Of a DNA stretch of 64,000 nt, positions 59,830-64,000 are shown piece after piece; positions within the stretch are counted from its first letter, which is position 1; the number at the start of each line of letters is the position of its first letter. Source of the stretch: an uncultured Verrucomicrobiae bacterium (GTDB lineage Bacteria > Verrucomicrobiota > Verrucomicrobiia > Limisphaerales > UBA11358); NCBI GenBank assembly GCA_963845665.1, contig CAWJTA010000002.1, positions 2,211,388-2,275,387 on the forward strand. Reading direction: 5' to 3'. Below the pieces are notes generated by a model that saw only the letters and a list, made by a program, of their open reading frames with translations, did no database searches and had not been told where the DNA came from. The translations under genes and the position numbers were made by a program.

Positions 59830-60810
59830 TTAGTTATACGAGAGCAGCCAGCTTGGCCAGAGGACGGATTTGGGCGGTACCCAATTTTTGCTCCAGGGCA
59901 ATTGCCACAGTTGCCTCAAGCCAACCGAACTGGCCGAGCCATCAACGAACACCATGTCTTCCGGTGTTCGGCTTTGATGGCGCGGTATACAAAAACACGG
60001 CATCGTGGCATTCACCTGGCAAGTGCCGGAGGCCGTCGGGGGCGCGTCCGCCGGGGTTGGATTGGTACCCTGCCATACGCAATCGCCGAATAACGGCGCG
60101 TTTGCGAACCGTCCCGCGATGGTCAATTTCCTCCAGTAATTGGTTGCGACCGGGTCGCCCGCATCCTCCGCGGGCGTCGGGTTGGCCATCCACCCGTTGA
60201 AGCCATAGCTGCCCGCCATCCCGGCCCGGCCCCATACGGATGTTCCGCCTGAGGGCGTCATGCTCGAGCCTATGGTGTAACCATTGGTGGCCATAATTCC
60301 CCAGGGCACGTAGGTGATCCCGGTAGTGATCCAAAAGTTGGGAAGCGAGCTGCGCACCGGGTTCACCGCCGTGGGACAGAAACACATTGTTCCGCCGATG
60401 TTGCAATTGGGAATGTACGGCTGCAACGAGACCATCCACATGCCATTGGGGTCATACCATCCGGTCGGCATGCTGTCATTGTTGTCATTGCCATACACTT
60501 GAAAGCCCAAGCCCCATTGACGGAGATTCGAGATGCACGCGATTTTGAGTGCATGCTTCTGGGCGCTCCCCAGAACCGGCAACAGAAGCGCCGCAAGAAT
60601 GGCGATGATGGCGATGACGACTAAAAGTTCGATCAGTGTGAAACCCCGCTTTGCGGGCGTCGTTGAAACGTTAAAAGGTTGAAACGTTGAAACGGGTTCC
60701 CTTTCCGGTCCCAATGGTGGAGCTTTGGCCTGTGGCGCTGCCACTGCAAACCGCTTTTCGTTATGGACATACCGCCGGCTCATGCCCATGGGAAGTCCGT
60801 TAAAGTTCAT
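59830..60810 (-). CDS. Prepilin-type pseudopilin related to the H-X9-DG family but with a variant C-terminal motif and a long leader
   Basis: [27 protein letters not shown]. The C-terminal region HQSRTPEDMVFVDGS is H, eleven residues, DG, with no following His. The 50-60-aa leader contains STFQPFNVSTT, encoded by a GTTGAAACG repeat. Confidence 0.82.
   Translation of the reverse strand: MNFNGLPMGMSRRYVHNEKRFAVAAPQAKAPPLGPEREPVSTFQPFNVSTTPAKRGFTLIELLVVIAIIAILAALLLPVLGSAQKHALKIACISNLRQWGLGFQVYGNDNNDSMPTGWYDPNGMWMVSLQPYIPNCNIGGTMCFCPTAVNPVRSSLPNFWITTGITYVPWGIMATNGYTIGSSMTPSGGTSVWGRAGMAGSYGFNGWMANPTPAEDAGDPVATNYWRKLTIAGRFANAPLFGDCVWQGTNPTPADAPPTASGTCQVNATMPCFCIPRHQSRTPEDMVFVDGSASSVGLRQLWQLPWSKNWVPPKSVLWPSWLLSYN
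60659..60696. repeat. 38-nt GTTGAAACG element, copy 1 (inside the pseudopilin leader)
   Basis: The sequence is gtcgttgaaacgttaaaaggttgaaacgttgaaacggg. Confidence 0.85.
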
Positions 60811-61099
60811 ACGTCTCGATGACAGGTCGTGTGATTAGTTAAAGAGTCGCCTAGATTGACTCATTTGGCCAGCCTCACAAATGTGTGGATGTGGCCTTTG
60901 GCCGATGTTGAAACGGGGTGGAGATCCGTACCACAGAGCGGAATGAGGCGATTCTGTTTTGCCCCATTTGAGGTCAGGCACCGTCCCCGGTGCCAGTTTC
61001 GGAACTGGCGGCGAGGACTCCGCCATAACCCGCAGCCGGGGACGGCCGCGCTACGGGATCGGAGGGCAGGCGAAGATGATGCCCCTAGGTTGATTCGAG

Positions 61100-61172
61100 G
61101 ACGAGGACGAGACCTTGCCGTAGATATTCCGCCCGCTTTACGGGCGGGGACATCGCAGCGCAATGTCCCTAG
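61100..61172. repeat. REP-like element (CCGCCCGCTTTACGGGCGGGG plus GGGACAT..ATGTCCC hairpin)
   Basis: attccgcccgctttacgggcggggacatcgcagcgcaatgtccctagc shares words with 56650-56672 and 8720-8745. Confidence 0.7.
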
Positions 61173-61842
61173 CAGGCTTCGTTTAATCGAAAAGGGTGTG
61201 TCAGGGTTTTGCGATTTAATGGGGGTATATGAAAAACTAAACGAATTTGGTTGTGGGCTAAAAAAGCGTTGGTTTGTTGAAGATTGAGAGGATTTCATGT
61301 AAACGAACGGGCTGGAATGTTTTGGGTCAAAATTGGCTTCGGATTACGGTTTGTTTAGGTTCCGCTAATCGGGCTTCGCCTCCATTGAAACGGTGGCAGC
61401 GCCACTGGCGATCACTCTCGCGGCTCTGGTCGGAGACGCTCATGTTGAATTTTATTATGTGAGTTTGGCAAGGTTTAGGTTTGGCTAACTGTCCCGCCAT
61501 CAATCGGGAATATTTTTGGCCCTCGTTCGCTAAAGCTGTGGTGGGCTGGCAGTGGCAAGTCATTGTTGTTCAAATTGTTGTGGCGTATTGAGCGTCTCGA
61601 CGTTTATTCAGTGTGCAAAATGCGTGGGACAGTTAGAACAGTTTATGATGTCGAATTTGTTCTAAAGTTTTGAATCTGATAGTTGGCAAGCGATTGAGGG
61701 GCCTGAAGTTCTTGATCCGCAGGCGGAATGTCCCGCCACGCCAGGCCGATTTCCGCAGATGTTCTGTCCGCATGGTGACAATTTCTCACATTCTTTGAGG
61801 GTGATTCAACAACAACGTTTATGACCTTTTATGACCTCGAGC

Positions 61843-61879
61843 GCGTTGAAATGTTAAAAAGTTGAAACGTTGAAACGGG
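61843..61879. repeat. 38-nt GTTGAAACG element, copy 2
   Basis: gcgttgaaatgttaaaaagttgaaacgttgaaacggg is about 90% identical to copy 1. Confidence 0.85.
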
Positions 61880-61999
61880 TATTTGCGCCGTAGCGAAGGC
61901 CACAGTCAGATTTGCCGGAGATACGATGGGTTTTGGTTTGCGGCTTCGCCGATTCCTCAGTTCCGATATTTCTTATTGTTGGAACTACCTTGCTCAACT

Positions 62000-62037
62000 C
62001 CCGTTTCAACGTTTCAACATTTTAACGTTTCAACGAC
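62000..62037. repeat. 38-nt GTTGAAACG element, copy 3 (inverted)
   Basis: cccgtttcaacgtttcaacattttaacgtttcaacgac has a 19-nt perfect inverted repeat with 61861-79. It lies 5 nt downstream of the stop of 62043.. Confidence 0.85.
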
Positions 62038-62042
62038 TGATG

Positions 62043-64000
62043 TCATTTGATGGTTTGGGTGCGGCCGGAGTCGGGGAGGGTGACGTTATAAATGGATTCG
62101 AATTGGCTGTTTGTCATCGTGTTTCCCTGCTCGTCGCGCAGGTCCCATTCGACATCGATGATTCCATTGGTCGTTGTGCCGGTGAACGTTTTAATGTGTT
62201 TTCCGTCCTCGGTTTTAATCTCAATGTTATAGATGGCGTGGGGTTCGGCGGTTTTGGCGTAAAGGGTGGCGCCTTTGTCGGTAAAGAAGGAGGAGCCTTC
62301 GAAGAACTGCACGACGTTCGTGGAATAATAGCCAATGACTGGACCGTCGAGTTCGGTCTCAGGCCATCCACCGTGGTAAAATAATTGCGCACGAATGGCG
62401 TGTTGTCCAGGGGCATCATAGGATGTGTCCCACTCCAAGAAAGAATCGCCGTTTGTGGCGCGCTGCCAATCCTGAGCTTCTCCACCACCCTCACCGTCTA
62501 CAAGCAGACGCAGTTCGCCTTTGTCTTTTACAGCATCGTATCGGATGGGAAGTTCGTAGGTGGCGATGTCGGATTCGTTGGTGGTGTCGATTTTTCGCAA
62601 TGAAAGCAAGTCGTCCAAAGAGAGCGGGGTGGTTCCGGCGGTGTTCGTGTTTTGGAGAATCCGGCCAATGGGTGTGCCCTGGATAACGGGTTCATTCGTG
62701 ATGAAGGGCGGTTTCAAGGCGAGCCAATCTTTGATCGTTTGCTGCCGGAGTCTTTCTCCCTCTCTTTCTGCTTCACGTCCACGCTCTTCGACGGCTGCCA
62801 TTTGTTGCGCGAACTTGTTCGACTGTTGCGTCCGCAGGGCCACGGTTTGGAAGGACGAGGCCGGCAGGGGCCAGACGATGTCGGATTGCGGAATTGGCTG
62901 ATCTGGATTCATCACCATGGCTTCGCGGTCTTCATCGGTTGGCGGTGTATAAACTTTGCCGCCGTTGTCCACACAATCCAGTCCGACGGAATAAAGCAGA
63001 AAGCGTCCGTCTTGCGATACATGGTAATGCAGGGGTTGACCGTTCATAAAATCGAGCGGAACGGATTTAAGGAATTCCGGCGCCAGAGCCTGCAATGTGT
63101 CCGGATAGGCGCCGTATTTATCGCGATAGCGTTCGAGGGCGAGGGCGGTGATGATGATTCGGCGCTCGGTTTCGGCTTCGGCGGCGTGTGCCAAAACGCT
63201 GGTTGGTTGTCTTTCGAACCGTTCCTGAAGTCGCTTGCGCATTTCCTGCTGGTTCAGAACCATTCCGAACGTTCCACCATAACGGTATTTGGGTTGAAAG
63301 AACAGTTCGTTGGTAACGGCAGGCATTTGGCGCATTTGCATCCAGCTTGCGGCCTGAACGGCATTGTCGTACTCGATTTCGCGATCGCGATAGAAGAGGA
63401 GCATGCGTTTTTCGTCTTCGTACTGGCCGCCCGGGGGCGCGAGCGGGAGCATTCCGGGCATTTCGCGTATTCTATTCGGCGCTAATGTGGCCTGTTCCAG
63501 GCTGGCAAGGCTGCAGGCGCGTTTGAAGGCCATGATGTCGGGCAGAGTGCTGAGGAAATCGGCTGATTCCCATTGGTGTTGCAGGCGGGCGAGTTGGTCG
63601 TCGGACCAGCCGCCGGCCTGCAGGAGTTGCCAGGTGGCGTCGAAGACGAAGTCGGCATCGACGAACCGAATCCGGTGCGAGATTTCCACGGGCTCGACTT
63701 TCCAGGCGGTGACCAGGCGGGTTGCGGCCATGAGCCAGGACCAGGCTTCGTTTCGGTCGCCGTCGTGCATGGCCAGCATGGCAGCATCATTCAATGTCAG
63801 GGTGAGGTCTTTTAACATGGCCAAATGAGGCAGCAACATGACGTTGCCATCGGCGGCATTCAAATTGAATTGGACGGGACCGGAGTCGGACTGGATGACA
63901 GCGCGGGCGGCGCCAAGCTCCGGCTGGCGCGCGTTTACGGCCTGGCGGAGATCGTCCCAGGTCAGGTCCCAACTTCTGTCCGGGTATGTGGCGTTTTGGC
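62043..64000 (-). CDS. Large hypothetical protein (5' partial, runs off the right edge) containing a GspG-like pseudopilin-globular-domain signature
   Basis: The frame is open from the stop at 62043 to base 64000, checked codon by codon above 63863. ALALERYRDKYGAYPDTLQALAPEFLKSVPLDFMNGQPLHY..LLYSVGLDCVDNGG (62958-63158) resembles the T2SS GspG C-terminal pattern. Confidence 0.7.
   Translation of the reverse strand, partial: QNATYPDRSWDLTWDDLRQAVNARQPELGAARAVIQSDSGPVQFNLNAADGNVMLLPHLAMLKDLTLTLNDAAMLAMHDGDRNEAWSWLMAATRLVTAWKVEPVEISHRIRFVDADFVFDATWQLLQAGGWSDDQLARLQHQWESADFLSTLPDIMAFKRACSLASLEQATLAPNRIREMPGMLPLAPPGGQYEDEKRMLLFYRDREIEYDNAVQAASWMQMRQMPAVTNELFFQPKYRYGGTFGMVLNQQEMRKRLQERFERQPTSVLAHAAEAETERRIIITALALERYRDKYGAYPDTLQALAPEFLKSVPLDFMNGQPLHYHVSQDGRFLLYSVGLDCVDNGGKVYTPPTDEDREAMVMNPDQPIPQSDIVWPLPASSFQTVALRTQQSNKFAQQMAAVEERGREAEREGERLRQQTIKDWLALKPPFITNEPVIQGTPIGRILQNTNTAGTTPLSLDDLLSLRKIDTTNESDIATYELPIRYDAVKDKGELRLLVDGEGGGEAQDWQRATNGDSFLEWDTSYDAPGQHAIRAQLFYHGGWPETELDGPVIGYYSTNVVQFFEGSSFFTDKGATLYAKTAEPHAIYNIEIKTEDGKHIKTFTGTTTNGIIDVEWDLRDEQGNTMTNSQFESIYNVTLPDSGRTQTIK

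Overview
This is a 64-kb chromosomal window of about 55% GC, with hallmarks of a PVC-superphylum genome, most likely Verrucomicrobiota. It carries five prepilin-type H-X9-DG/DUF1559 genes and many short intergenic word repeats. The left third holds housekeeping and metabolic genes: dinB, tRNA-Asp, rpmI-rplT, a GH92 mannosidase, a kinase-less KdpD-N/Usp protein, OpgG, a NUDIX hydrolase, a CbbX-like AAA+ ATPase and a PolB-like exonuclease. It also holds a lysine-catabolism cluster (lat, ALDH7-type pcd, DUF1338-like) in which every gene carries a 1-bp frameshift. The right half (30.6-60.8 kb) is an accessory glycan-degradation island built from one repeated architecture. That architecture is a 900-1100-aa multi-domain beta-sandwich secreted protein next to an H-X9-DG pseudopilin. 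The pair occurs four times in the window. Three copies are joined to glycoside hydrolases (two GH5, one GH3, two GH53) and two NarL-type two-component systems with large paralogous periplasmic sensor domains. The large proteins share N-terminal modules with the enzymes of the island, and eight proteins carry a ~70-aa module ending in FYR[VLI]. No SusC/SusD, cas genes, CRISPR array, integrase or transposase was seen. Frameshifts cluster in two loci, which points to gene decay rather than random assembly error, but this needs read-level confirmation. All calls come from reading the translations and the DNA by eye. No database search was run.
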